This document shows, in pieces, positions 8,503-16,433 of a DNA stretch of 33,234 nt. The DNA lies in NCBI GenBank assembly GCA_040905425.1, contig JBBDRO010000020.1:20658-53891 (forward strand), read 5' to 3'. The notes beneath the pieces were generated by a model. The model was not told where the DNA came from, made no database searches, and saw only the letters and a program-made list of their open reading frames with translations. Within the stretch, counting starts at the first letter, position 1; every line of letters starts with the position of its first letter. The position numbers and the translations under genes are program-made. The stretch is from Gemmatimonadota bacterium (GTDB taxonomy: Bacteria > Gemmatimonadota > Gemmatimonadetes > Longimicrobiales > RSA9).

Positions 8503-9095
8503 AACGTACCCTGCGTCTGCTGCCGGTGGCGCTGCTGCTGCTGGCGCCGACCGGCTGCGGGTACAACCGCATCCAGGAGCTGGACGAAACCGTGGCGCAG
8601 GCGCGCGCCAACATCGAGGCCGAGCTCCTGCGCAGAAACGACCTCATTCCGAACCTCGTGGCCACCGTGGAGGAGGCCGCCAGCTTCGAGCAGGAGACCT
8701 TCACGGAGGTGGCGGCGGCCCGCTCCGGGCTGCAGCAGTCGCGCGAGCAGCTCGCCTCAGCGGTGCAGGGAGAGGCCTCGACCGGCGAACTGTCGCGGGC
8801 CTCCAGCGCCGTTGCGGAGAACCTGCGCCTCTTCCTGAACGTCTCGGTGGAGGCCTACCCGCAGCTCACCGCCAGCCAGAACTTCCGCGCCCTGCAGGAC
8901 GAGCTGACGGAGACGGAGAACCGCCTCAGCGTGGCCCGCCGGGACTACAACGAGGTGGTGGCCGCCCACAACACCTACGTGCGCCGCTTCCCGCAGCTCA
9001 TCATTGCCAAGATGATCGGCGCCGACCGCAAGGACACCTTCGAGGCGCCGGAGTCGGCCCGCGCGGCGCCCTCGGTGGAGTTCAACCGGAACTGA
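8499..9095 (+). CDS. lemA: LemA family protein
   Basis: GCGYNRIQ..DE, RRNDLIPNLVATV, EAYPQL.ASQNF..LQDEL.ETENRL.VARRDYN and RRFP motifs. Confidence 0.95.
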   Translation: MKRTLRLLPVALLLLAPTGCGYNRIQELDETVAQARANIEAELLRRNDLIPNLVATVEEAASFEQETFTEVAAARSGLQQSREQLASAVQGEASTGELSRASSAVAENLRLFLNVSVEAYPQLTASQNFRALQDELTETENRLSVARRDYNEVVAAHNTYVRRFPQLIIAKMIGADRKDTFEAPESARAAPSVEFNRN

Positions 9096-9119
9096 CCCGC
9101 CTGGCACCGCCCATTCCAT

Positions 9120-9163
9120 AAGCGACGTCGCCCCGCTGGCTCACCGGCGGGGCGTCGTCGCTT
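9120..9163 (+). terminator. Long hairpin after lemA
   Basis: aagcgacgtcgccccgctgg-ctca-ccggcggggcgtcgtcgctt: ~20-bp stem with one mismatch and one G-U pair. Confidence 0.65.
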
Positions 9164-9245
9164 GCGTCCCATCCAGCCATCCCGGATCTGCCGCGGAAAG
9201 GTGCCCGGCTGATCGGCGCAGCCCGATGTCCCATCCAGCCATTCG

Positions 9246-9268
9246 CGCGTAACCGCGGTGACGTGAGC
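9246..9268 (+). repeat. Left copy of a direct repeat flanking padR-ADOP
   Basis: cgcgtaaccgcggtgacgtgagc; 20/23 identical to 12419-12441. Confidence 0.6.
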
Positions 9269-9291
9269 TCCGTGAAGGAGTCATCGGAGCG

Positions 9292-9346
9292 CCGTTGTTG
9301 ACATCCTACAACGGACAGCGCATATATGTAGGTAGCCTACAACGGA
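9292..9346 (+). promoter_or_regulatory. padR promoter with two putative PadR operators
   Basis: TTGACA at 9298-9303 and AT-rich CATATAT at 9321-9327. Dyads tgttga-cat-cctaca (9296-9310) and tgtagg-tag-cctaca (9327-9341), each followed by acgga, 31 bp apart. Confidence 0.7.
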
Positions 9347-9355
9347 GCGGCGCTC

Positions 9356-9679
9356 ATGGATGTCCGGCAGGGAACCCTCGACCTCCTGGTCCTCCGCACC
9401 CTCGCGGAGGAGCCTGCCCACGGCTGGGCGATCGCCCAGCGTATCGAGATGCTCTCGGAGGATGCGTTGCGGCTCAACCAGGGCTCCCTCTACCCGGCGC
9501 TGCATAAACTGGAGGACGGTGGCTACATCAGCGGGAAGTGGGGCATCGCCGAGGACACACGCCGCCGGGTCAAGGTCTACAGCCTGACCGCCCGGGGGCG
9601 GAGCCGCCTGTCGGCCGAGGAGGCGGACTGGCGGGCCTACGTGCAGGCCATGGAGCTCGTGCTGGGCGGGCAACCATGA
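9356..9679 (+). CDS. PadR family transcriptional regulator (acidobacterial type)
   Basis: QGTLDLLVLRTL, HGWAIAQRI, LNQGSLYPALHKLE and RRVKVYSLTARGR motifs. Confidence 0.95.
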   Translation: MDVRQGTLDLLVLRTLAEEPAHGWAIAQRIEMLSEDALRLNQGSLYPALHKLEDGGYISGKWGIAEDTRRRVKVYSLTARGRSRLSAEEADWRAYVQAMELVLGGQP

Positions 9680-9713
9680 GGTATGCGCACCCAGGGGTCC
9701 GCGTGAGCGTGCC

Positions 9714-12395
9714 ATGATGCTCCTCCCGCCGATCCTGCGCCGAGCCGCGCGGCGCCTGCTCCGTATGCTCCGCTGGAGCCGCGCCGACCGCGACCTCCGC
9801 GACGAGGTGGCCCACCACCTGGAGGAGGCGGCCGCGCGACACCTGGCTGCGGGCCTATCCCCGGCCGCAGCCCGGCGTGCCGCCGCCCTGGACTTCGGCG
9901 GCCGGGACCGCTGGCTCGAGGAGACGCGAACGGCGCGCGGCGTGATATGGCTCCAGCACCTGTTCGCCGATGGCCGCTACGCGGTCCGGCAGATGAGGAG
10001 CACGCCGGTGCTCACGGTCGTGGCCGCGCTCTCCCTGGCTGCGGGAATCGGCGTGGTGGTGGCCGTGGTGGCGCTCATCAACGGGGCCTTCTTCAAGCCG
10101 CTGCCGGTGCCGGCCCCGGAGGAGCTGCACCGGGTGTACACGAGCCGGGACGTCTTCCAGGGACGGGGCGGAGAGCCCTACGGGTGGTCCTCCTACCCCG
10201 ACTTCGAGGACATACGGGACAGCGGGATCTTCACGGCGGCGGCGGCCGGCTTCCATGTTTCCGCGGCGGTGGTGGGGCCGAGCTTCGGACCGGCGCGTCG
10301 CACGGTCCACTGGGTGACGCCGGATTATTTTGACGTGCTGCGCCTCCGCCTGGCGGCGGGCCGGCCGCTGGCGCCGGGCGGGTACGAGCCGGAGATCGTC
10401 ATCAGCCACCGCGTCTGGCGCCGCGACTTCCAGGCGGACCCGGAAGCGGTCGGACGGGTGATCGAAGTCAACGGTGTGCCGCTGAGCGTGGTCGGGGTCG
10501 CCCCGCCGGAATTTCTGGGCACGGTGTTGGATGGGGAGATCTTTGGCTGGGCACCGCTCCTGCTCCAGCCGCGAACGGCCATATACGGCGTGCCGTTCGA
10601 CGATCGTGGGTCGCGCAGGCTCGAAATCCTGGCACGTCTCCCCGCGGAATCCAGCCTGGCGACGGCGCGCGCCCGGCTGGATGCGCTGGCCGGGCGCCTG
10701 GCCAGCGCACACCCCGAGGCCTGGCGGCGCCGCGACGACTCGCCCCACTTGCTGACCATTGTGCCGGAAGCCGCGGTACGCGCCGGCGGACGCCCGGGCG
10801 GGCTCGCCATGGCCAGTGCATTGATGAGCATCGGCCTGCTCCTGGCGGGCGTCCTCCTGGTGGCGTGCACCAACGTGGCCGGGTTGCTGCTGGCCCGTGC
10901 GTTGACCCGCCGCCACGAGGTGGCCGTACGCCTCACGCTGGGCGCGTCGCGGGCCCGGTTGACGGCGCAGCTCCTCATGGAAAGCCTGCTGCTGGCAGCG
11001 CTCGGCGGTGCCAGCGGATGGCTGTTGGGCCACTGGCTCACCCGGCTCATCGAAGCCCGATTCGTCATGGGCGCGTTCGACCCGGCGCCGGACGGTCGTG
11101 TCCTGGCCATCACGATGGTGGCGGCGCTCGGCTGCACCGTCGTTTTCGGGCTGGCGCCGCTCCGCCTGGCGCTTGGCGCGGACATCCGCTCCGCCCTCCA
11201 GCGCACGGCAGCCGCCGGTCGCACCCGAAGCTTCGGCCGGGGCGCCGTCATTGCCGTGCAGGTGGCGGCCGCCACGCTCCTACTCGTGGCCAGCTTCACG
11301 GCGGCGGGCGGTATGCGCAATCACCAACGCATGGATCCCGGTTTCCAGATGAGCGGCCTCCTGGTGGCGCAACTGGACCGCACGGCCTTCCGCTCGGACA
11401 CTGTCCGCTCGCCCGCCTACTCCGCCGGCGTGGTGGAACTGGCCGCCGCCCTACCGGGCGTGGTGAGCGTGGGCTCGGCGTTGCACATGCCCATGGGTGA
11501 TTTTCGGGCCGGCCTGGATGAGATGCTGCAACCGGACTCCGCCCTGAACCTGGCCTTCAACGTGGTCACACCGGGATTCTTCCAGACCCTCGAGCTGCGC
11601 GTTGCAAGCGGGCGGCTGCCGCGCCCGGTCGAGGTGCGGGACTCGCCGGTGGCGGTCGTGAGCAGAGCGTACGCGCGGGCGGTGGGCGGCAATCCAGTGG
11701 GTGGCATGCTACGGGGCGGTAGCAGGTTAGGCAGGCTGCCCGTCGTGGCGGTGGTGGATGACGCGCGCACGCACCTCACGGAGGCGCCGGCAGAGCCGTT
11801 CGTCTACGTGGTCCGCGGCGCCGGAGCCCCCGCAGCGACGCGCACCTTCCAGGCCCACGACAACGTCTTCCTGCGCGTCCGGCCCGGCGCCGAAGCGAGC
11901 GTGGCCCGAGCGCTCGTACGCGGTCTGCGCCAACGTTTTCCCGAGGCGCTCCCGCCACGCGTGCGACCCTTCAGTGCGGTCGTGGGTGAGATCACCGCCT
12001 ATCAGGAAGCCGGCGCCCGGGCCGCGGTGGCCATCGGCGCCGTCCAACTCGCTCTGGCCGCAGTTGGACTCTACGGCATGCTGCTGTTCATGGCGGTGGC
12101 CCGCACCCGGGAACTCGGCATCCGCCTGGCGCTCGGCGCCCGCCCCCGGCAGGCCGGCTGGGCGGTGGCGCGCGAGGGGGTAGCCTGGTCCGTCAGGGGT
12201 ACGCTGGCGGGCGCCCTGCTGGCGGTGCCCGCGCTCCTCGTGGGCCGCTACTTCCTGATCGGGGGAGGTGCCTTCGACCCCATCAACTTCATCGCGGCCG
12301 TCCTCACGCTCGTGGTGGCCGCGGTAGCGGCCGCATGGGCGCCGGTGCGCCGGGCCGCCGGCATCGCGCCGGCTGCCGCCCTGCGGCACGAGTAG
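9714..12395 (+). CDS. ADOP-type duplicated ABC (MacB/FtsX-like) permease, no ATPase partner
   Basis: N-terminal prefix (DLRDEVAHHLE..A..DFGG) and two MacB-periplasmic plus FtsX repeats (LLVACTNVAGLLLAR..EVAVRLTLGASR; RTRELGIRLALGA); ends ALRHE. Confidence 0.93.
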   Translation: MMLLPPILRRAARRLLRMLRWSRADRDLRDEVAHHLEEAAARHLAAGLSPAAARRAAALDFGGRDRWLEETRTARGVIWLQHLFADGRYAVRQMRSTPVLTVVAALSLAAGIGVVVAVVALINGAFFKPLPVPAPEELHRVYTSRDVFQGRGGEPYGWSSYPDFEDIRDSGIFTAAAAGFHVSAAVVGPSFGPARRTVHWVTPDYFDVLRLRLAAGRPLAPGGYEPEIVISHRVWRRDFQADPEAVGRVIEVNGVPLSVVGVAPPEFLGTVLDGEIFGWAPLLLQPRTAIYGVPFDDRGSRRLEILARLPAESSLATARARLDALAGRLASAHPEAWRRRDDSPHLLTIVPEAAVRAGGRPGGLAMASALMSIGLLLAGVLLVACTNVAGLLLARALTRRHEVAVRLTLGASRARLTAQLLMESLLLAALGGASGWLLGHWLTRLIEARFVMGAFDPAPDGRVLAITMVAALGCTVVFGLAPLRLALGADIRSALQRTAAAGRTRSFGRGAVIAVQVAAATLLLVASFTAAGGMRNHQRMDPGFQMSGLLVAQLDRTAFRSDTVRSPAYSAGVVELAAALPGVVSVGSALHMPMGDFRAGLDEMLQPDSALNLAFNVVTPGFFQTLELRVASGRLPRPVEVRDSPVAVVSRAYARAVGGNPVGGMLRGGSRLGRLPVVAVVDDARTHLTEAPAEPFVYVVRGAGAPAATRTFQAHDNVFLRVRPGAEASVARALVRGLRQRFPEALPPRVRPFSAVVGEITAYQEAGARAAVAIGAVQLALAAVGLYGMLLFMAVARTRELGIRLALGARPRQAGWAVAREGVAWSVRGTLAGALLAVPALLVGRYFLIGGGAFDPINFIAAVLTLVVAAVAAAWAPVRRAAGIAPAAALRHE

Positions 12396-12418
12396 GGTCT
12401 CCCACCGCTCGACGGTTC

Positions 12419-12441
12419 CGCGGAACCGCGGTGACATGCGC
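12419..12441 (+). repeat. Right copy of a direct repeat flanking padR-ADOP
   Basis: cgcggaaccgcggtgacatgcgc; overlaps the perfect 16-bp palindrome cggttccgcggaaccg (12413-12428). Confidence 0.6.
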
Positions 12442-12499
12442 GGACGAGCAGCGCCAGGCACGCCGGTGAGGTCGTGGCGCGTCGTCGCTTAAATGAGGA

Positions 12500-14239
12500 T
12501 CAGGGCTCCCGGTACCCCGAGGTGATGGGCAGGCGGCGGTCCTTGCCGAAGGCGCGCGGCGTGATCTTGATGCCGGGCGCCGACTGGCGGCGCTTGTACT
12601 CGCTGCGGTCCACCAGGCGGACGATGCGGCGCACCACGCTCTCCTCGTGGCCGGCAGCCACCAGCTCGCGCACGCTCCAGTCATCCTCCACGTAGCGCTC
12701 CAGGATGGGGTCCAGCACCTCGTAGGGGGGCAGGGAGTCCTGGTCCGTCTGGTCGGGGCGGAGCTCCGCGGAGGGCGGCTTGGTGAGCACGGAAGTGGGG
12801 ATGAGCTCTGCATCCTGCTGCGCGTTCCGCCAGCGGCACAGCTCGTAGACGAGCAGCTTGGGGACGTCCTTGATCACGGCGAAGCCGCCGGCCATGTCCC
12901 CGTAGAGCGTGGAGTAGCCCACCGCCACCTCGCTCTTGTTGCCGGTGGTGAGCAGCATCCAGCCGAACTTGTTGGACAGCGCCATCAGGAGCACGCCGCG
13001 GATGCGTGCCTGGATGTTCTCCTCGGCCACGCCCACGGGGAGGTCGCGGAAGGTGCCCGCCAGCGTGCCCAGGAGCGCCTCGAAGGACGCCTCGATGGGC
13101 AGCGTGAGCATGCGCACGCCCAGGTTGTCGGCCAGCGCCTGCGCGTCGGTGCGGCTGCCCTCGGAGGAGTAGCGCGAGGGCAGGGAGACGCCGGTCACGG
13201 CCTCCGCGCCCAGGGCGTCCACGGCAATGGCGGCCACCAGGCTGGAGTCCACGCCGCCGGAGAGGCCGAGCACCACCCCGCTGAAGCCATTCTTGCGCAC
13301 GTAGTCGTGCGTGCCCAGCACGAGCGCGCGGTAGGTCTCCTCCAGGTCGTCATGGCGCACGGGCTGGCGGGGGGCCACGGGCGGGCGCTCCGGCCGGCTT
13401 TCCTCGATGGGCTCGAGCGCCACGCGCGTGACGCTCTCCGGCTGACGGCGGCCGGTGTGCCGCCCGCGCGGATCGTGCAGCCGCGCGCGGAAGACCTCCT
13501 CCAGCTCCACGTCGGCCAGCAGCAGGTGCTCCTCGAAGAGCGGCGCCTCGGCGCGCACGTTGCCGTCGGCGCCCAGGACCATGCTGTCCCCGTCGAAGAC
13601 CAGCTCGTCCTGCCCGCCCACCTGATTCACGTAGGCCAGCGCCACGGCATGGTCGGACGCCCGCGTGGCCAGCATGCGGTGGCGCGCGCGCCACTTGTCC
13701 CGGTGGAAGGGGGAGGCGTTGATGTTCACGATCAGGTCGGCGCCGGCACGGGCCAGACGCGCCACGGGGCCGCCCGGCAGCCAGATGTCCTCGCACACGC
13801 TGACGCCCACCCATGCGCCGGCCACCTGGAAGAGGATCTCCCCCCGGCCGGGCTTGAAGTAGCGCAGCTCGTCGAACACGCCGTAGTTGGGCAACCGCTG
13901 CTTGCGGTAGGTGGCTGCCCACGCACCGTCGTGCAGGATCGCCGCGGCATTGTGCAGGTCCGCCCGCCGTTCGGCGAAGCCCACCACCGCCGTGAGCCCG
14001 CGCGTGTGCGGCGCGATGCGTGCCACGGCGGCCCGGTTGGCGGCAATGAAGGCGGGCTTCAAAAGCAGATCCTCGGGCGGATAGCCACACACGGCCAGCT
14101 CCGGAAAGGCGGCCAGGTCGGCGCCGGCGGCGCGCGCCTCCTCCAGGTAGTGGATGATGGAGGCGGTGTTGCCGTCCAGGTCTCCCACCGTGGGGTTCAT
14201 CTGGGCCAGGGCCAGGCGCAGGCGGCTCATGTCGTCCAT
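12500..14239 (-). CDS. nadE: Glutamine-dependent NAD+ synthetase
   Basis: Nitrilase domain (LAQMNPTVGD, FPEL, YRKQRLPNYGVFDE, VCEDIW) plus synthetase domain (LGLSGGVDS, ENIQARIRG, TGNKSE, PPSAEL, EYKRRQ). Start ATG 14239 or 14230. Confidence 0.97.
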   Translation of the reverse strand: MDDMSRLRLALAQMNPTVGDLDGNTASIIHYLEEARAAGADLAAFPELAVCGYPPEDLLLKPAFIAANRAAVARIAPHTRGLTAVVGFAERRADLHNAAAILHDGAWAATYRKQRLPNYGVFDELRYFKPGRGEILFQVAGAWVGVSVCEDIWLPGGPVARLARAGADLIVNINASPFHRDKWRARHRMLATRASDHAVALAYVNQVGGQDELVFDGDSMVLGADGNVRAEAPLFEEHLLLADVELEEVFRARLHDPRGRHTGRRQPESVTRVALEPIEESRPERPPVAPRQPVRHDDLEETYRALVLGTHDYVRKNGFSGVVLGLSGGVDSSLVAAIAVDALGAEAVTGVSLPSRYSSEGSRTDAQALADNLGVRMLTLPIEASFEALLGTLAGTFRDLPVGVAEENIQARIRGVLLMALSNKFGWMLLTTGNKSEVAVGYSTLYGDMAGGFAVIKDVPKLLVYELCRWRNAQQDAELIPTSVLTKPPSAELRPDQTDQDSLPPYEVLDPILERYVEDDWSVRELVAAGHEESVVRRIVRLVDRSEYKRRQSAPGIKITPRAFGKDRRLPITSGYREP

Positions 14240-14437
14240 TCGCAGGTATAAGCGGGCGCGGCGGCCCTCCGGCGCCGCGCGGGGGAAGACTAGGCCGCCC
14301 GGGGCTGGGTGCGCAATCGGGGCTCGGCGCGGGATGTGCGCGGCGCCCGCCCGTGGGTTCGGCGCCCCGGGAGGTGGCGCGCCGGAAGGTAGGTGCTGGA
14401 ACGCTCGACACGGAGCCAGGGTCCGGCCCGGCCGGCC

Positions 14438-14465
14438 GCCAAAATACTTTATAAGATATTTTGGC
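14438..14465. promoter_or_regulatory. AT-rich 28-bp palindrome between divergent nadE and lgt
   Basis: gccaaaata-ct-ttataa-ga-tattttggc: perfect 9-bp arms and a palindromic TTATAA core. Confidence 0.6.
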
Positions 14466-14573
14466 TCAACCACGCGGTGGAGGGTGCCAAAGCTCCGAGT
14501 GCCACGCACGCCTGCGCCCGTCCCCCCTTGCGTGGGTCGCCTGCGCTCGCGCCCGCGTGCACCTGCCGGACCC

Positions 14574-14639
14574 GCACCAGCCGGGCACCAGCCGGGCACC
14601 AGCCGGGCACCAGCCGGGCACCAGCCTCGCACCAGCGTA
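14574..14639 (+). repeat. 11-bp tandem repeat (gcaccagccgg)x4 plus 2 degenerate copies
   Basis: Perfect copies start at 14574, 14585, 14596 and 14607; degenerate copies at 14618 and 14629; a related copy at 14559. Confidence 0.95.
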
Positions 14640-14651
14640 GCGCGCCGTCCG

Positions 14652-14680
14652 TTGAACCTGCGCCGTCCCGAGGGTATCTT
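14652..14680 (+). promoter_or_regulatory. sigma70-type promoter for lgt
   Basis: TTGAAC (14652-14657), 17 bp, TATCTT (14675-14680). Confidence 0.6.
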
Positions 14681-14733
14681 TCCGGATTCCCCGGTCCACG
14701 CGCGGCCGAGGGCAGGTCCTCAACGGAGCAGGC

Positions 14734-15612
14734 ATGTACCCGATCCTCTTCACCATCGGCGGCGTCCAGATCACGAGCTTCGGGCTCATGATGTTCCTCT
14801 CCTTCATCGCGGGGGCGTGGGTCACGGGCAAGCAGCTCGAGCGCTATGCCCTGAACAAGGAGATCATCTGGGACGGCCTGGCGTGGATCGCGCTCGGCGG
14901 CATCCTCGGTGCCAAACTCTACTACCTGGCGCTGCACCCGGCGGACGTGGCCATGAACCCGCTGGGCGCTCTCTTTAGCCGCGGCGGCCTGGTGTGGTAC
15001 GGCGGCCTCATCGGCGGCGTGCTGGCGTGGTACCTCTACGTGCGCTCGAAGAAGCTGCCGGTGGCCACCATGTTCGACGCCACCGCCCCGGCGCTCTTCG
15101 TGGCCTACGCCGTCGGCCGCATGGGCTGCTTCCTGGTGGGCGATGACTACGGCGTCTCCACCGACAGCTGGGTGGGCATCGCGTTCCCGAACGGCACGCC
15201 CGAGACCACGGCGGGCAACCTGCGCGCGGCAGGGGACAACATTGCCGCCAGCATCCCCGACAGCGCCATCGTGGCCGTCCATCCCACGCAGCTCTACGAG
15301 ATCACCATGGCGCTCATCCTCTTTGCCGTGGTATGGCAGGTGGGCAAGCGGCGCCTGCACACGGGGCAGCTCTTCAGCCTCTTCATGGTCTTCTACGGCA
15401 TCGAGCGCTTCATCATCGAGTTCGTGCGCGCCAAGACGGACCGGATCCCGCCGCTGGGGCTCTCCACTTCCCAGATTGCCAGCCTGCTGCTCTTCGCAGC
15501 CGGCATCTGGCTCTGGCACCACCGTAGGAAGGCGCCGGTGGTGGATCCGAGCGCGGCCCGGCCGCTGGCACCGGAACGCGTGCCCGCACCCGCGGCCGGC
15601 CGACCTGCCTGA
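14734..15612 (+). CDS. lgt: Prolipoprotein diacylglyceryl transferase
   Basis: GGILGAKLYY, RGGLVWYGGL, GRMGCFLVGDDYG, HPTQLYE and RFIIEFVR motifs. Confidence 0.95.
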   Translation: MYPILFTIGGVQITSFGLMMFLSFIAGAWVTGKQLERYALNKEIIWDGLAWIALGGILGAKLYYLALHPADVAMNPLGALFSRGGLVWYGGLIGGVLAWYLYVRSKKLPVATMFDATAPALFVAYAVGRMGCFLVGDDYGVSTDSWVGIAFPNGTPETTAGNLRAAGDNIAASIPDSAIVAVHPTQLYEITMALILFAVVWQVGKRRLHTGQLFSLFMVFYGIERFIIEFVRAKTDRIPPLGLSTSQIASLLLFAAGIWLWHHRRKAPVVDPSAARPLAPERVPAPAAGRPA

Positions 15613-15664
15613 GACGGCGCGGCCCTTGCACGCGGCGGCTCTCCGAAAGGAGGCCCGCACGCCG

Positions 15665-16381
15665 TTGACCAGCCACGGAAAATTCGGTCCGCTCGCCGCG
15701 CTCCTGATTCTCGGCCTGGCCCCTGTGCCGGTCGGGGCGCAGGTGGAGGCGCCCACCTCACCCACCTGGCGCCCCCATCAGGTCACCGTGAGCGCGCTGG
15801 GAGGCGGCGCCGCCTACAGCGGCTTCCTCACGGTGGATCTGGCCACCGGTGACGAGCGCCTCACCGCGCGCACGTCCATGGCGGTGGCCGGGGCGCTGGG
15901 CTACTGGCCGCGGCGCGGCTGGGGCGTGCGCCTGCACGGCGGTTGGGCGCCCACCCGCTTCGAGCGGGAGCGGCGCAACGGCAGCGAGCCGGGCACTTCA
16001 CCGGACGCGCGCGGCGCGAACCTCTCCGTGTGGATGGCCGACCTGGACCTGCTCATTCGCCTACCCATCGGCCTCGGGCGGGTGGAACCCTACGGGGTGA
16101 TCGGCGGCGGCGTGGTGCGCTACGTGGCGGACGAGAGCGCGGCGCTCCCGAGCGAAGCGCGCGGCGATTTTGCCGCGGGCTCCCGTACGCGCGGCACGCT
16201 GGTGCTGGGTGCGGGCGCGCTCATTCCAATGCAGCGGCGCGACCTGCTGCTCACCTTCGAAGTGACGGACCATGTGGTCCGCTCCCCGGTGCAGGGCCCA
16301 ACGAGCCAGGCCGCAAGCGTCACCAGCAACGTGCGGCTCCTAGTGGGCCTGACCCTGCCGCTCTTCTGGGCCGGGTTCTGA
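15665..16381 (+). CDS. Outer-membrane beta-barrel protein (about 8 strands)
   Basis: TTG start after AAAGGAGG (15646-15653); signal peptide ending VGA-Q; PYGVIGGG and LVLGAGA strands; terminal Phe. Confidence 0.75.
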   Translation: MTSHGKFGPLAALLILGLAPVPVGAQVEAPTSPTWRPHQVTVSALGGGAAYSGFLTVDLATGDERLTARTSMAVAGALGYWPRRGWGVRLHGGWAPTRFERERRNGSEPGTSPDARGANLSVWMADLDLLIRLPIGLGRVEPYGVIGGGVVRYVADESAALPSEARGDFAAGSRTRGTLVLGAGALIPMQRRDLLLTFEVTDHVVRSPVQGPTSQAASVTSNVRLLVGLTLPLFWAGF

Positions 16382-16433
16382 AGTCGCGTCGGATCCTCAC
16401 GCACCCGCCCTTCCTCCTCGACCATGCCGCCGT

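Noticed and set aside
14482..14504. GTGCCA pair resembling a CIRCE half-site or sigma54 -24 box
   Set aside because: The copies are direct rather than inverted, and there is no TTGC at the -12 position.
14240..14632. N-terminal extension of nadE in the ORF track
   Set aside because: It translates the tandem repeat and intergenic DNA; family similarity starts at MSRLRLALAQ.
14574..14639. Possible CRISPR array
   Set aside because: Contiguous 11-bp units with no spacers, and no cas genes in the window.
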